From a virus (Duplodnaviria > Caudoviricetes): a stretch of 56,894 nt of DNA. Of this stretch, positions 1 to 8,973 are shown piece by piece; position 1 is the first letter of the stretch; the number at the start of each line of letters is the position of its first letter. The stretch lies in the IMG/VR virus record IMGVR_UViG_3300047299_000127, positions 1 to 56,894 of that record; one strand, 5' to 3'. The translations under genes and the position numbers were made by a program. The notes under the pieces are model-generated. The model searched no databases. It worked only from the letters and a program-made list of their open reading frames with translations, and had not been told where the DNA came from.

Positions 1-127
1 CGGCCTGCGCGACCGACTTGATGAGGCTCCAAGCTGCCGACAGGCTGATCTTGGCGCTGTCAGCCTTGAGCTTCATGCAATGTCCTCGCGCAGCTTGAAC
101 TTGAGCAGTTCGTAGACGGTCTGGCGC
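1..127 (+). repeat. 127-bp terminal direct repeat, copy 1 (circular assembly overlap)
   Basis: Identical to 56768-56894. Confidence 0.95.
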
Positions 128-408
128 AGGCCTGCGCTGTACACCACCTCGACCTCGCCCTCATAGTCGCCCTCGGTGCGGTCCAGATCGCCCTCGTTCC
201 ACTGCACGATGGCCACGCCCGTGGTGGCGGTCTGGGGGTTGACGTAGACCTGGCGAGAAAACAGCGCCGTGGGTGCGCCTGCCTCGCGGAAGTGCAGCGT
301 GACGGTTGCGCCCGTGAGATCGAGCGGCAAGCCGGTGATGTCATCGGTCAGGGTCAGGCGAATCTGTGGGCCGGTGTCGCCTCGAACCAGGCGGATCTTT
401 TCTGTCAT
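73..408 (-). CDS. Virion protein, BppU N-terminal-like Ig domain
   Basis: RGDT..I.L.L.D...P.DLTGATV...G.Y.GEVEV pattern; lies among structural genes. Confidence 0.65.
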   Translation of the reverse strand: MTEKIRLVRGDTGPQIRLTLTDDITGLPLDLTGATVTLHFREAGAPTALFSRQVYVNPQTATTGVAIVQWNEGDLDRTEGDYEGEVEVVYSAGLRQTVYELLKFKLREDIA

Positions 409-411
409 GGG

Positions 412-1071
412 TTACTCCTTGGCCACAACAGCCTTGGCGGCGGGCTGCTGGATGCCCACCAGTGCGTTGAACTTGGTCAGGTAGCCGCCAGACAGTGCGG
501 CGTTACCGGCATCCGAGGCGTCCTTGGCCAGGGCGCGGTGCAGGCAGTAGCACAGCAGCGCCTCGCGCCACTGGTCGGCCAGGCCGATGTTTCCGATCAC
601 GGTTGAAAAGGCGCGGCCATTGCCAGATGGCGCGGGCACCTCAGCGGGGTACAGCGCCCCCACCAGCTGCACCTTGGTACCGGCCTTGGCGGGCGGGTAG
701 GACAGGATGGCTCGCGGGTCCTTCAAGTCGTAGCAGTAATGCTCGATCTCGCTGGCGCTGGCCATGCCGTACCAGCCTGGCGCGCAGGCGTCCAGATCGT
801 CCTGATCCACCTTGCGGATGGCCAGGCGGCGGCCTTCGGTGTTGCGCGGAATGTCGATGAAGGCGGCGAACTTGGCCGGGAGCGTTTGGTCCGGGCCTTC
901 GACCAGCGTCAGGGTCTCGGTCGTGGCGGTTTGCTCGGGCCGGTTGACGACGATCACCACCTGGCCAGCGTTGAGGTAGCGCACCAAGTCGGATGCGGGG
1001 TAGCGGATGCCAGCAAGGTCCTGCAAGGCCTCTTGCGCATCCCGGACGATCAACTGAGCAGCTACGGTCAT
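412..1071 (-). CDS. Putative head-tail adaptor virion protein
   Basis: 219 aa; DLVRYLNAGQ N-terminal helix and ALLCYCLHRALAKD C-terminal helix typical of podovirus adaptors; position after capsid genes. Confidence 0.6.
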   Translation of the reverse strand: MTVAAQLIVRDAQEALQDLAGIRYPASDLVRYLNAGQVVIVVNRPEQTATTETLTLVEGPDQTLPAKFAAFIDIPRNTEGRRLAIRKVDQDDLDACAPGWYGMASASEIEHYCYDLKDPRAILSYPPAKAGTKVQLVGALYPAEVPAPSGNGRAFSTVIGNIGLADQWREALLCYCLHRALAKDASDAGNAALSGGYLTKFNALVGIQQPAAKAVVAKE

Positions 1072-1081
1072 GGATCAGGCC

Positions 1082-1705
1082 TCAGCACCACTTGGGGCGC
1101 GCACGGGGGACGTTCTTGGTGTGGCCCCGATAGGCCTGGGTGGAGGCCTCGTTCATCGCCTGCTCGAACTTCTCGTTCGCCACAGCGGCCAACTCGGGGT
1201 TGAAAAATGGGGTCTCGGGCGTGAGCATCAGTTCCGACTTCGCGCCCTCGGCCAGCGCTTCGAGGTAGCGGCTGGCCAGTTCGTCGGGGATGCCGGTGGC
1301 GGTGGCCGAAGGAATCAGCACCACCTGCACCTGCACGCGCTCGGATGCGGGCATGCCGCCCGTCAGCACGAAGGTCTGGAGGTCACGCGAGACCAGGCCT
1401 TGGCCTTGGTCTGCGCCGAACTGGGCGGGGTCACTGGTGCGATGGCGAAACGACTGCACCGGGTAGGGCCTGCCGCCCTGGGTGGCCTGCTCCAAAGCGA
1501 AAAGCTCGCTGTCGGTGGGCAGGTCAAAGTCGTACTCGGAGCTTGCGCGGCCCGTGGTGCGCACAGGATCGAGCCACTGCACCCAGGCGCGGGTGCGGCG
1601 GAAGAACTTGCGCGCAGCGGTGCGCAGCGCCTGAGCGATCAGCGGATTGGGTGCGCCTGGCACATGGACCAGGACTTGGGGGTACCAGTAATCCCACTTG
1701 GCCAC
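1082..1705 (-). CDS. Putative head-tail adaptor virion protein
   Basis: 207 aa; VPGAPNPL..QALR.AA.KFFRRTRAW motif seen in Bcep22-like virion proteins. Confidence 0.6.
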   Translation of the reverse strand: MAKWDYWYPQVLVHVPGAPNPLIAQALRTAARKFFRRTRAWVQWLDPVRTTGRASSEYDFDLPTDSELFALEQATQGGRPYPVQSFRHRTSDPAQFGADQGQGLVSRDLQTFVLTGGMPASERVQVQVVLIPSATATGIPDELASRYLEALAEGAKSELMLTPETPFFNPELAAVANEKFEQAMNEASTQAYRGHTKNVPRARPKWC

Positions 1706-1717
1706 GGCGCGGACCCC

Positions 1718-2137
1718 TTACTTCTTGGACTTGGGCTTGCCGCCAGCTTTGGCGTCAGGCAGGGGTTTGAGCGGGCTGTTGGCCTCGACCGGCAAAGCAG
1801 CGCCAACTGCGGCCTCGTCGTCGGCTTCATCGTCCTGCTCGTCGTCGGCATCGCCATCGGTTTGGCCAGCGTCAGGACCTTCGCCCTCGCCTTGACCTTC
1901 ACCGGAGTCGTCGCCATCACCCTCGGCGGCCAAGCGCAGGGCAGCGTCAAAGTCCTCGGGGTTTTCGGGGTAGAAGTTGCCAGTGCCCAGCAGGTGGGCC
2001 ACGGTCGCCTCATCTTCCACTTCACCCGTCAGAACGCCATCGGCGTCCGTGGTGAACTTGTAGGCCTTGCTATCGAGGCCTTGAACGGTCAGGGTGCCAT
2101 CGCGGCGCGCCGGGATCGAGGTTTGCAGTTTCATCAT
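1718..2137 (-). CDS. Hypothetical head-associated protein with acidic C-terminal region
   Basis: GGAG SD before ATG at 2137; conserved position after capsid and decoration genes. Confidence 0.7.
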   Translation of the reverse strand: MMKLQTSIPARRDGTLTVQGLDSKAYKFTTDADGVLTGEVEDEATVAHLLGTGNFYPENPEDFDAALRLAAEGDGDDSGEGQGEGEGPDAGQTDGDADDEQDDEADDEAAVGAALPVEANSPLKPLPDAKAGGKPKSKK

Positions 2138-2146
2138 GGTCTCCAA

Positions 2147-2180
2147 ACAAAAATAGGGGGCGCAAAGTCGGCCCCCTATT
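2147..2180 (-). terminator. Rho-independent terminator after capsid and decoration genes
   Basis: AATAGGGGG/CCCCCTATT stem followed on the minus strand by a T-rich tract. Confidence 0.7.
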
Positions 2181-2233
2181 ACCTTTGGCGCTTGCGCGCC
2201 GACACGTCACCGGCCACAGGGGCCGGATCTGGC

Positions 2234-2680
2234 TTAGGCGGCGCGGTAGAGCAGCGTCACGCCCACTTCACCAGCGGCCTTGGTGGCAGCGCCAGCAGTG
2301 AACTTCATGCCGACCTTGCGGTCGCCAGCGGCGGCGGCAGTGCGCGCCAGTTCCTTGCTCATCACAGCCACTTGGCCACCGGCCTGGCAGACGGTCAGGC
2401 CGGAGCCCCAGACCACTTCCAGATCGGTACCGGCTGCGTTGAGCAGGCCCACCGAAGCCACAATCGTGGGCGTGTTGTTGGTGTCCAGGTCGTCGCTGTC
2501 CACGTACAGAGCCACCGGCACGGAGCCAGCGGGCAAGATGCCCACAGCGCCGATGTCGTTGGCGTCCAGGTCAGCGGCCACCAGTTCCAGCGGGTAGCGC
2601 ACGGCGGCGACTTCGGAGCAGTCGCAGGTGATGGTTGGCTTGCGGCCATCCAGGTAGTCGTTCGATTTGGTGAAAGACAT
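2234..2680 (-). CDS. Putative capsid decoration/minor capsid protein
   Basis: 148 aa beta-rich protein directly downstream of the major capsid gene; AGGAG SD. Confidence 0.65.
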   Translation of the reverse strand: MSFTKSNDYLDGRKPTITCDCSEVAAVRYPLELVAADLDANDIGAVGILPAGSVPVALYVDSDDLDTNNTPTIVASVGLLNAAGTDLEVVWGSGLTVCQAGGQVAVMSKELARTAAAAGDRKVGMKFTAGAATKAAGEVGVTLLYRAA

Positions 2681-2715
2681 TTGTATTTCTCCTGTTCAGT
2701 TTGCGAATCGCCCGA

Positions 2716-3831
2716 TCAGCGGGCGGCTGCGGCGGTGTCCAGAGAGAACACACCGAAATCTTGGCTACCGGCCTCGGTATCGAAGCGAACCTTCTTGATA
2801 CCGAAGATGGCGGAGGTCGTGATGACCACCTTGTCGCCGTTGTCACGGGTTTCCTCGTGCCAGTCGTAGCGCAGGTTGGTGCCCGGCGAGCCGAAGGCGA
2901 CCACGGCAGCCTGGGAGCCCAGGAACAGACCGCGAGCGGCTTCCACGTTGCCGCCAGCGCCAGCGTTGGCGAAGCGGATGACGTTGCGGTGGCTGTGCAG
3001 GATCACGCCGCGATACATGCCCAGCGAGCCCTTGAACAGCGGCGAGTTGCGGCCTTCGGCGGCAGCGGCGGCCTTCTGGATGTCCATCCACTGGCCGGTC
3101 TGCGTGTTGGCGCGCAGATCGTCCTCTTGGAAGGTGTGCATCACGCACACGAAGGTCTCGTTGCCATCGATCTTGCAGGGCTGCAAAACGGGAATGTTGG
3201 TTGCGCCGCCGCCTTGGCTGTCAGCCTTGGTCTTGGCACGATCCACCAGGCGCAGATCGAACTTGTCGGCTGCGTCGATGTTGTTGAAGGCCGTGGCGTC
3301 ACCGCCGAACAGGTTGTGGTTGCTGTCCGGATTGGTCAAGCCGTTGCCTGCGCGACCTGCGTAGTTCAGGGGCAGCAAGAAGTTGGGGTTCACGCCGCGA
3401 GCGCCCGACAGGTAGATGAACATCAGTTCATCCATCAGGCGAGCCCACCAGCTGGACTGCTGGCGCTTGGCTTTTTCGCGCAGATCGTGCAGCGTGCGCT
3501 TGCGGGTCATGCGACCGCCAGTGTTCACACCGCAACGAGCCTGATCGATGTAGATCTGGTCGGTGTAGAACTTCTGGCCTTCTTCCTTGCCCTCCAGGAT
3601 GTCCTCGCCTTCGACGGGGGCCATCTTGAGTTCGGCAAGCAGGTCGTAGCTGATCTGTTCGCCAGCGTCCGATTCCAGATCGGTCAGGATCTGAACGGGC
3701 ACTTCGGCCTCAGCGCCACGCGCCATGAAGCGCTGGTTGAAATACGACTTCTGGGAAGTGTCGTGGGCAAGCAGACCAGCCCAGCGCTTGACTGCCTTGG
3801 CGTCATTGACGCCGATGATGGTACGAGCCAT
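2716..3831 (-). CDS. Major capsid protein, N4-gp56 family (DUF4043-like)
   Basis: 371 aa; VEGEDILEGKEE, IDQARCGV, DLREKAK..WW, DFGV motifs. Confidence 0.92.
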   Translation of the reverse strand: MARTIIGVNDAKAVKRWAGLLAHDTSQKSYFNQRFMARGAEAEVPVQILTDLESDAGEQISYDLLAELKMAPVEGEDILEGKEEGQKFYTDQIYIDQARCGVNTGGRMTRKRTLHDLREKAKRQQSSWWARLMDELMFIYLSGARGVNPNFLLPLNYAGRAGNGLTNPDSNHNLFGGDATAFNNIDAADKFDLRLVDRAKTKADSQGGGATNIPVLQPCKIDGNETFVCVMHTFQEDDLRANTQTGQWMDIQKAAAAAEGRNSPLFKGSLGMYRGVILHSHRNVIRFANAGAGGNVEAARGLFLGSQAAVVAFGSPGTNLRYDWHEETRDNGDKVVITTSAIFGIKKVRFDTEAGSQDFGVFSLDTAAAAR

Positions 3832-3906
3832 GGAAATACTCCTTCAAGGTTGAACTCAAAGGGAGCACTTCCTGCGCACCCGAATCACATGGCCGATAGG
3901 CCACGT
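3832..3906 (-). promoter_or_regulatory. Structured capsid 5' UTR: SD-sequestering stem and alternative GGA-loop (CsrA-type) hairpin
   Basis: GGAAGUGCUCC (3872-3862) pairs with GGAGUAUUUCC (3842-3832); alternative hairpin GCGC-AGGAA-GUGC (3877-3865). Confidence 0.65.
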
Positions 3907-3908
3907 TC

Positions 3909-4106
3909 TTACTCTGTCATGCTTGGCACGCCATCAGCGTCCTTGCATGGCTGCTTTTCGATCTTCACATCGCGAGGGGCAGTGACGCGCAACCGCGCCA
4001 ACTGCCCGCTCTTTTGCACAAGCTCGACCGTGACCACATCCGACAGCGCCAGACGCTCGCCTGGGCGCACGTCAATGATGAGACTCGACAGTCTGGTGTT
4101 TGCCAT
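3909..4106 (-). CDS. csrA: CsrA/RsmA-like RNA-binding protein
   Basis: LIIDVRPGERLALSDVVTVELVQKSGQLARLRVTAPRDVKI aligns by eye with the CsrA fold; TGATG coupling to the scaffold gene. Confidence 0.75.
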   Translation of the reverse strand: MANTRLSSLIIDVRPGERLALSDVVTVELVQKSGQLARLRVTAPRDVKIEKQPCKDADGVPSMTE

Positions 4107-5083
4107 CAGCGGCCTCGTGCCCACTTCTCCCGCTGTGCGGGCGTCATCTTGGCAATGGCCGATTCAAGGGCATCGCCTTCGAGCGCATCGATGTCGGCAA
4201 ACTCACCGGCCACATCGCCAGGACCATCGCCACCGGGCACCTGCGCCAGCGTGGCGGGCGCGGCAGCCACTGGGGGCTTGCGGGCATCGTTGGCGGCCTT
4301 GGCTGCGGCAGCGGGGTCAACCTTGGGCGCGGGCGCGGCATCGGCAACGCCGTGCAGTGCCTTCACGCGCTTGTGGGCCTCGGTCAAGAACCAATCCATG
4401 GGCTTGTCCGAGTTCTCTTCACGTGCGGCCAGCACGCGCACGAACTGATCGAGGTCGGCTTGCTTGGCCAGGTCCTTGCGGTAGTCGATGCCGCCATCTT
4501 CCTTGGCCGCCGACAGCACGAAGCGGTCAACCGTGTTCTTCCACTGGTTTTGCGCGGTCTGCTGGGTCATCTCCTGGGAGATCTCAGCCTTGATGCGGGC
4601 TTGGTTCAACTCGTCGCGGCGCGTGAGCAGTTCGCCACGCTGCAACTCGAACTCGTCAAAGTCGATCTCGCCGGACTTGAACTTGGCTTTGAGGTCGGCT
4701 TCCTGAGTGGCCAGTGTCTTGACCTGATCGTCGTAGTCGCTGGGCAGCTTAGCGTCATACGTGGCCGTGACCGCGCTGGGCGGCATGGCGGGCTCTTCGA
4801 CTGCGGCAGATGCGGCGGGGGCATCAGCGGGTGCCGGGTCGGTGTTGGGGGCGGCAGCGGCGGCTGGTGCTGCGGGTTTGTTCTCGGCGGCGGGCGGTGC
4901 GTCCTTGCCTTCTACGGGCGGGGCGCTGGTGTCGTCATCATCGCCATCATCATCACCGTCATCGTCTGCGATGCGGCGCATCGCTTCCAGTTCGGCCTCG
5001 CTGTGCTCGGGGTCGTTGATGGCCGCGAGTTCTTCGGGGGTCATGGTGTCCAGGATGTCCTGGTCCAGAGTTGCAGCACTCAT
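4106..5083 (-). CDS. Putative capsid scaffolding protein
   Basis: 325 aa; acidic low-complexity N-terminus, coiled coil, C-terminal MTPAQREKW helix; upstream of the capsid gene. Confidence 0.75.
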   Translation of the reverse strand: MSAATLDQDILDTMTPEELAAINDPEHSEAELEAMRRIADDDGDDDGDDDDTSAPPVEGKDAPPAAENKPAAPAAAAAPNTDPAPADAPAASAAVEEPAMPPSAVTATYDAKLPSDYDDQVKTLATQEADLKAKFKSGEIDFDEFELQRGELLTRRDELNQARIKAEISQEMTQQTAQNQWKNTVDRFVLSAAKEDGGIDYRKDLAKQADLDQFVRVLAAREENSDKPMDWFLTEAHKRVKALHGVADAAPAPKVDPAAAAKAANDARKPPVAAAPATLAQVPGGDGPGDVAGEFADIDALEGDALESAIAKMTPAQREKWARGR

Positions 5084-5111
5084 GCGCGCTTCCTTTCGGG
5101 GGGTTGAAAAA

Positions 5112-5300
5112 TCAGTCCTGGGTGCCGCCTGCCACCTTGGCGGTTTCCATCATTCGTTTCTTGGCCATGGCCTGCACCTTGGCGTAGCGCTTGGCGTCCT
5201 GCTTGATCGCCTCGGCTTCAATCATGGTGCGCAGGTCAGACTCGACGCGCCACTCTTCATCGGCCTTGATGGAGACTTCAGCGGTTTTGTTCTTGGCCAT
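5112..5300 (-). CDS. Small hypothetical head-morphogenesis protein (62 aa)
   Basis: AAGGA SD; EWRVESDLRTMIEAEAIK motif; follows the late-promoter motif. Confidence 0.7.
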   Translation of the reverse strand: MAKNKTAEVSIKADEEWRVESDLRTMIEAEAIKQDAKRYAKVQAMAKKRMMETAKVAGGTQD

Positions 5301-5340
5301 GGTGTTTCCTTGTGGGGTGGGTGTGTTGATCGGGCAAATC

Positions 5341-5355
5341 TGCCATGCTTGCCAC
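5341..5355 (-). promoter_or_regulatory. Late-operon motif GTGGCAAGCATGGCA
   Basis: Exact copies at 5341, 9429, 43600 and 46840; near copy at 3915. Confidence 0.65.
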
Positions 5356-5359
5356 GCCG

Positions 5360-5393
5360 AAAAAGAGCCCCGGCGCTTGCGGCAACCGGGGCT
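5360..5393 (-). terminator. Rho-independent terminator after the lysis cassette
   Basis: AGCCCCGG/CCGGGGCT stem followed by CTTTTT on the minus strand. Confidence 0.65.
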
Positions 5394-5425
5394 AAGGGCG
5401 GCTCGCGCCACCTTGGAGACAACTG

Positions 5426-5920
5426 CTATCGGTCCTCATTCACTGCGCGCTCGGCGGCTTGGTATCGGGCTTGGCACTGGGCAAGCTCGACTCGGATGAG
5501 ATCGGCTCGGGCAGCTTCCCCGACAAGAAAAGCAGCATCCGGTCGGTAAAGCTGGACTCCAGTACAGCCTGAGGCACTGGGTCCAGGCTGGGCAGGCGCG
5601 GCGGCTTGACTGGGGGCATCGGCTGGGCGGTCGGGGCGCTGGCGCAGGCTGTCAAGAGCAGCATCACGCTGGCGAGTAAGGCGAGCAATCTCACGGTGTT
5701 TCTCCTGTCGGTCTTGGTCTGCCTGGCGCTGAAGGGTTTGTTCACGGGCACGGGCGCGGGCTTGTTCGTCGGCATGGGCCCTGGCGGTCTTGGCGCGCTC
5801 CTGGTCCCACATCTGAGCCACCTCGGCGCGCCCATCGCTGCGGCCCACCACGTAGCACTTCCAGGCACCGGCCAGCAATACCAGGATGGCCACGATCACG
5901 GCAACGATGCGCACGCTCAT
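5426..5920 (-). CDS. Rz: Inner-membrane spanin (Rz-like)
   Basis: N-terminal TM helix (IVAVIVAILVLLAGAW), coiled-coil periplasmic domain, two Cys near the C-terminus; follows the endolysin. Confidence 0.85.
   Translation of the reverse strand: MSVRIVAVIVAILVLLAGAWKCYVVGRSDGRAEVAQMWDQERAKTARAHADEQARARAREQTLQRQADQDRQEKHREIARLTRQRDAALDSLRQRPDRPADAPSQAAAPAQPGPSASGCTGVQLYRPDAAFLVGEAARADLIRVELAQCQARYQAAERAVNEDR
5440..5694 (-). CDS. Rz1: Outer-membrane lipoprotein spanin (Rz1-like), embedded in Rz
   Basis: AGGAG SD, GTG start, signal peptide with lipobox LTAC, Pro-rich mature part; lies entirely within Rz in another frame. Confidence 0.85.
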   Translation of the reverse strand: MRLLALLASVMLLLTACASAPTAQPMPPVKPPRLPSLDPVPQAVLESSFTDRMLLFLSGKLPEPISSESSLPSAKPDTKPPSAQ

Positions 5921-6390
5921 GGCCGGGCACCCTCGCCCATGCACTGGGCGTATTCGGACTGGCGGCGGATGGTCAGGCCGCGCAGCGGCTGGCCCTTGAA
6001 CCTGTCCCATCGCAAGATCTGGCGGCAGGCGTCCTCGTACTGCTCCTGGTTGAGCAGGCGCACCAGCGTGGAGGCACAAAAGGCGGATGAGCCGATGTTG
6101 TAGGCCAGGCTCACATAGGCGTCATATTCGTGCTGGTGCAAGGGCACGCGCACACACTGACGGATCGCGCCCTCGAACTTCTGCACATCGGACAGCTTGC
6201 GTGCCAGGGCTTTGGGTGGCGTGGTTCGGTCGCCCAGCTTCACGCCATCGGTCGTGCCAAAGCCAAGCGTGGGCACATCGCCCGGTACCGGGATGATGGC
6301 CTGATCGGTGTAGCCCTCCTTGAGCGCAATGCCCACCAGGGCGGCGGCGCTCAAGACCAGGCTGGCAATGCTGGCGCGCCGGATGCTCAT
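5917..6390 (-). CDS. SAR endolysin (GH24 lysozyme)
   Basis: Weakly hydrophobic Ala/Ser/Gly N-terminal SAR segment then EG...GDVPTLGFGTT; YNIG and GLTIRR.SE motifs. Confidence 0.92.
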   Translation of the reverse strand: MSIRRASIASLVLSAAALVGIALKEGYTDQAIIPVPGDVPTLGFGTTDGVKLGDRTTPPKALARKLSDVQKFEGAIRQCVRVPLHQHEYDAYVSLAYNIGSSAFCASTLVRLLNQEQYEDACRQILRWDRFKGQPLRGLTIRRQSEYAQCMGEGARP

Positions 6391-6611
6391 TCGTAGAGCC
6401 CCATGCGCCGGTCATGCTCGGCCTGCTGGCGCTTGTCCTCTTTGTGCCGGTAGTACCAATTCACGAAGAAACCGCCAACAGCCACAAGCAGGCCAATCAG
6501 GATGGTGAATTCACTCGATAGCACCCAGCCCATGACGCTGGTGCCTGCGCCCGTGTACGTCGCCTTGCTGGCGGCGGCGCTGATCGTGGCTTCAAGGGTT
6601 TGTTCCTTCAT
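6387..6611 (-). CDS. Holin
   Basis: 74 aa; TM segment followed by NWYYR and a charged C-terminus; directly upstream of the endolysin. Confidence 0.85.
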   Translation of the reverse strand: MKEQTLEATISAAASKATYTGAGTSVMGWVLSSEFTILIGLLVAVGGFFVNWYYRHKEDKRQQAEHDRRMGLYE

Positions 6612-8973
6612 TGGTCTTTCCTGCTTGATTGAGTTCATTGCGTGCCTCGATGGAGCGCATCACGGTGTCGAGTCGGTCTTGGAGGGCTTGGATCTTCTTG
6701 TCGCTGGTCGCCTGGATCTCGGCCACGCGCAGCCGGGTGTCCGCATCGATGCGGGCCACTTCCAGCTTGGTGTCGGCTTCCTTGTTCATGCGAATGGTCT
6801 GGTTGGCCAGATCCGCCTGGGCCTTGCGCAGTGCCTCGGTCATGCGGTCGATCTCGTCGTTGGCCTGCTGGCGCACCTGCATGAGCGCGCCCTGCACGTC
6901 CTCGCCAGGCTGGCCACCACCGGCAGCGGCTTGGGCTTCGGTTTCGAGCTTGGCGGCGCGGGCGTTGAGTTCGCGGATCTTGGCGGCCTGCTCTTCCAGT
7001 GCCTGCATGGCCTGCTGGCGCTGCATCTGCAAGGCCTCGGCCTGCTGGGCGGCTTGCTCCTGTGCCGCCTGCTCTTCCTCGGGCGTCATTGGCTTGTTCG
7101 GATCGCGCTCGCCTGTGAGCTTGCGGATCTGGTCGGCCACCTCGTCCTTGTTGGGCAGGTCCGAAAACTCCATGGCGATGGTCATCAGGCGCAGAGCCAC
7201 CTCGGGCGGCAGTCGCGTGGCCATCTGGTTCAGGGCCTCGAACATCACCTGGCGCAAGGTGCCCGAGTAGTCCTGCTCAGACACCACAAAATCGGCAGCG
7301 CTGGCCGTGATGTCGTTGATGAAGCGCACGGACCCATCGGCTTGCACCTCGGGCACGTTGATCTTGACCCACTCCAGCGCGCCCTTGGAGCCGGTCAGGC
7401 GGACCACTTTTTCCTGGGTGTAGAACTGCTCGGTCAGGGACAACTGCTTTTCGCCCTGCACCTGAGTGGCAAAGCGCAGGTTGTCGAAAGGCTCGGTCGT
7501 GACCACGGAGCCCTGCAACTGGCGGGCTTTGATGGCCTCGCCTGAGACCGCATTGGTCTGGCGGCCTAAGTTTTCCTGGCTCACACCGGCTGACTTCTGG
7601 ATGCTCTGGGCATCCATCGCCATCATCTGGATCTGGCCGGTGGCGGCATCGGTGTCGCGGCGGATCTCGATGGACTTGCCCTGCTTCTTGACGATCAGGC
7701 CATCGGGACGGTCGGCCTCGTCGCGCAGCACGTCCATGTCATCGACCGCGCCCTCGTCGGCAATGACCTGGTTGGTGTTGAGCATCCACAGGGCTTTGGA
7801 TGCGCGCTTGTTCAGATCCTGCTGAATGTCGCGCACGCGCCGGATGATCCCGTAAGGCAGGCGATCACGGCCACGGCGGTAGCACCAGACCGGCGTGAGG
7901 CTAAAACGGTTGTGCCGGAACATCGAGGGACCCATGCCAAGCATGTGGCTCTCGGTGAACACGGCGATGTGCACGCGCATCATCACCTTGTCCACGATGA
8001 AGCTGCCCGACTTGGCCACTGCATCGGCCATGGCCTGATCGCCCTGGTTGAGGATCAGGCCCTTGAGCGGACCATCGGCCACGATCTTGACGGTGGCGGG
8101 CTTTCGGTACTGGCACTCGATCAGCTTGACCCTGCGGCGCTTGGCGTCCGCCAGTTGGCCAACACCGCTGGCGTACAGGGTGCCGGTCTTGACGTTGTTC
8201 ATGTCGGCGGGCGAGTACCAGGTGTCCTCTTCCCATCCGTCCGTGGTGTAGTGGGCGGCCTCTTCCACGGCTGAGGCAATGACGTGCCTGCGCCCTGGGA
8301 ACATCATCAGAGCCACGTCCTCGTCCACCCAGCGCCAGCGAAACAGGTAGCGCGAGTCCGACAGGTCCAGCTCGTAGCCGGATGAATCCCAAATGACGTT
8401 GCGCCAGTCCTCGTACTTGCAGTACAGGATGTCTTGGGTCGGGTCATCGCGCACCCCGTCATCTATCCAGCCCACACCGGACTTCACGGCATCGGCAAAG
8501 GCGCGGGAGCGCACGAAGGGCACACGGTTGATGTCGCTGACGTACTTCAAGACCTTGGTCTTGGTGTCGGCCATCTCCACATCGTCCTCGGTGCGCGGCA
8601 GCACGCGCCAATCCACACGGGTGCGGCGCTCGGTACCGATCACCCAGTCCACCATGGGCGCGACCTCGTTGTAGACCAGCGGCATCTGGCCGCGATCACG
8701 CAGCACCTGGGCATCGTCCGGGTCCCACTGGAGGTTGTCGTAGAAGTCGGCATCCATCGCCATTTCCAGGCGGTTGAGCGACTGCTTTTCCTTCTCGTGA
8801 TAGAACCACTCCAGCAGCTTGCGAAGCTCGGAGCGGGCCTCGTCGCTGTCCAGCGGGTTGCCCTTGGGGTCCATGACCTCGCGGCCTTCGCTGGCCATGG
8901 TCTGCGCCTGGCGGTTGAAGTAGTCCTCACCAGGTGCGGTGTTGCGCTTGACGCGCACATCGAGATCAGCCAT
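6592..8973 (-). CDS. Portal protein (P22-like, with C-terminal barrel/coiled coil)
   Basis: 793 aa; DFYDNLQW, RGQMPLVYN, YGIIRRVRDIQQDLNKR, SGEAIKARQ.QG motifs. Confidence 0.92.
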   Translation of the reverse strand: MADLDVRVKRNTAPGEDYFNRQAQTMASEGREVMDPKGNPLDSDEARSELRKLLEWFYHEKEKQSLNRLEMAMDADFYDNLQWDPDDAQVLRDRGQMPLVYNEVAPMVDWVIGTERRTRVDWRVLPRTEDDVEMADTKTKVLKYVSDINRVPFVRSRAFADAVKSGVGWIDDGVRDDPTQDILYCKYEDWRNVIWDSSGYELDLSDSRYLFRWRWVDEDVALMMFPGRRHVIASAVEEAAHYTTDGWEEDTWYSPADMNNVKTGTLYASGVGQLADAKRRRVKLIECQYRKPATVKIVADGPLKGLILNQGDQAMADAVAKSGSFIVDKVMMRVHIAVFTESHMLGMGPSMFRHNRFSLTPVWCYRRGRDRLPYGIIRRVRDIQQDLNKRASKALWMLNTNQVIADEGAVDDMDVLRDEADRPDGLIVKKQGKSIEIRRDTDAATGQIQMMAMDAQSIQKSAGVSQENLGRQTNAVSGEAIKARQLQGSVVTTEPFDNLRFATQVQGEKQLSLTEQFYTQEKVVRLTGSKGALEWVKINVPEVQADGSVRFINDITASAADFVVSEQDYSGTLRQVMFEALNQMATRLPPEVALRLMTIAMEFSDLPNKDEVADQIRKLTGERDPNKPMTPEEEQAAQEQAAQQAEALQMQRQQAMQALEEQAAKIRELNARAAKLETEAQAAAGGGQPGEDVQGALMQVRQQANDEIDRMTEALRKAQADLANQTIRMNKEADTKLEVARIDADTRLRVAEIQATSDKKIQALQDRLDTVMRSIEARNELNQAGKTNEGTNP

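Noticed and set aside
1-127. Terminal repeat as a biological direct terminal repeat
   Set aside because: 127 bp equals a common assembler k-mer and the repeat falls within genes; it indicates circularity, not packaging ends
1070-4593. Long plus-strand ORFs (599 and 630 aa)
   Set aside because: Antisense shadows of GC3-rich structural genes, with no recognisable motifs
5341-5355. Late motif as a sigma-54 promoter
   Set aside because: GG to GC spacing is 8 nt, not the required 10
6612-6638. Dual-start holin/antiholin (MNSIKQERP extension)
   Set aside because: The upstream ATG lies within portal coding sequence without a clear SD, while the second ATG has one; possible but unsupported
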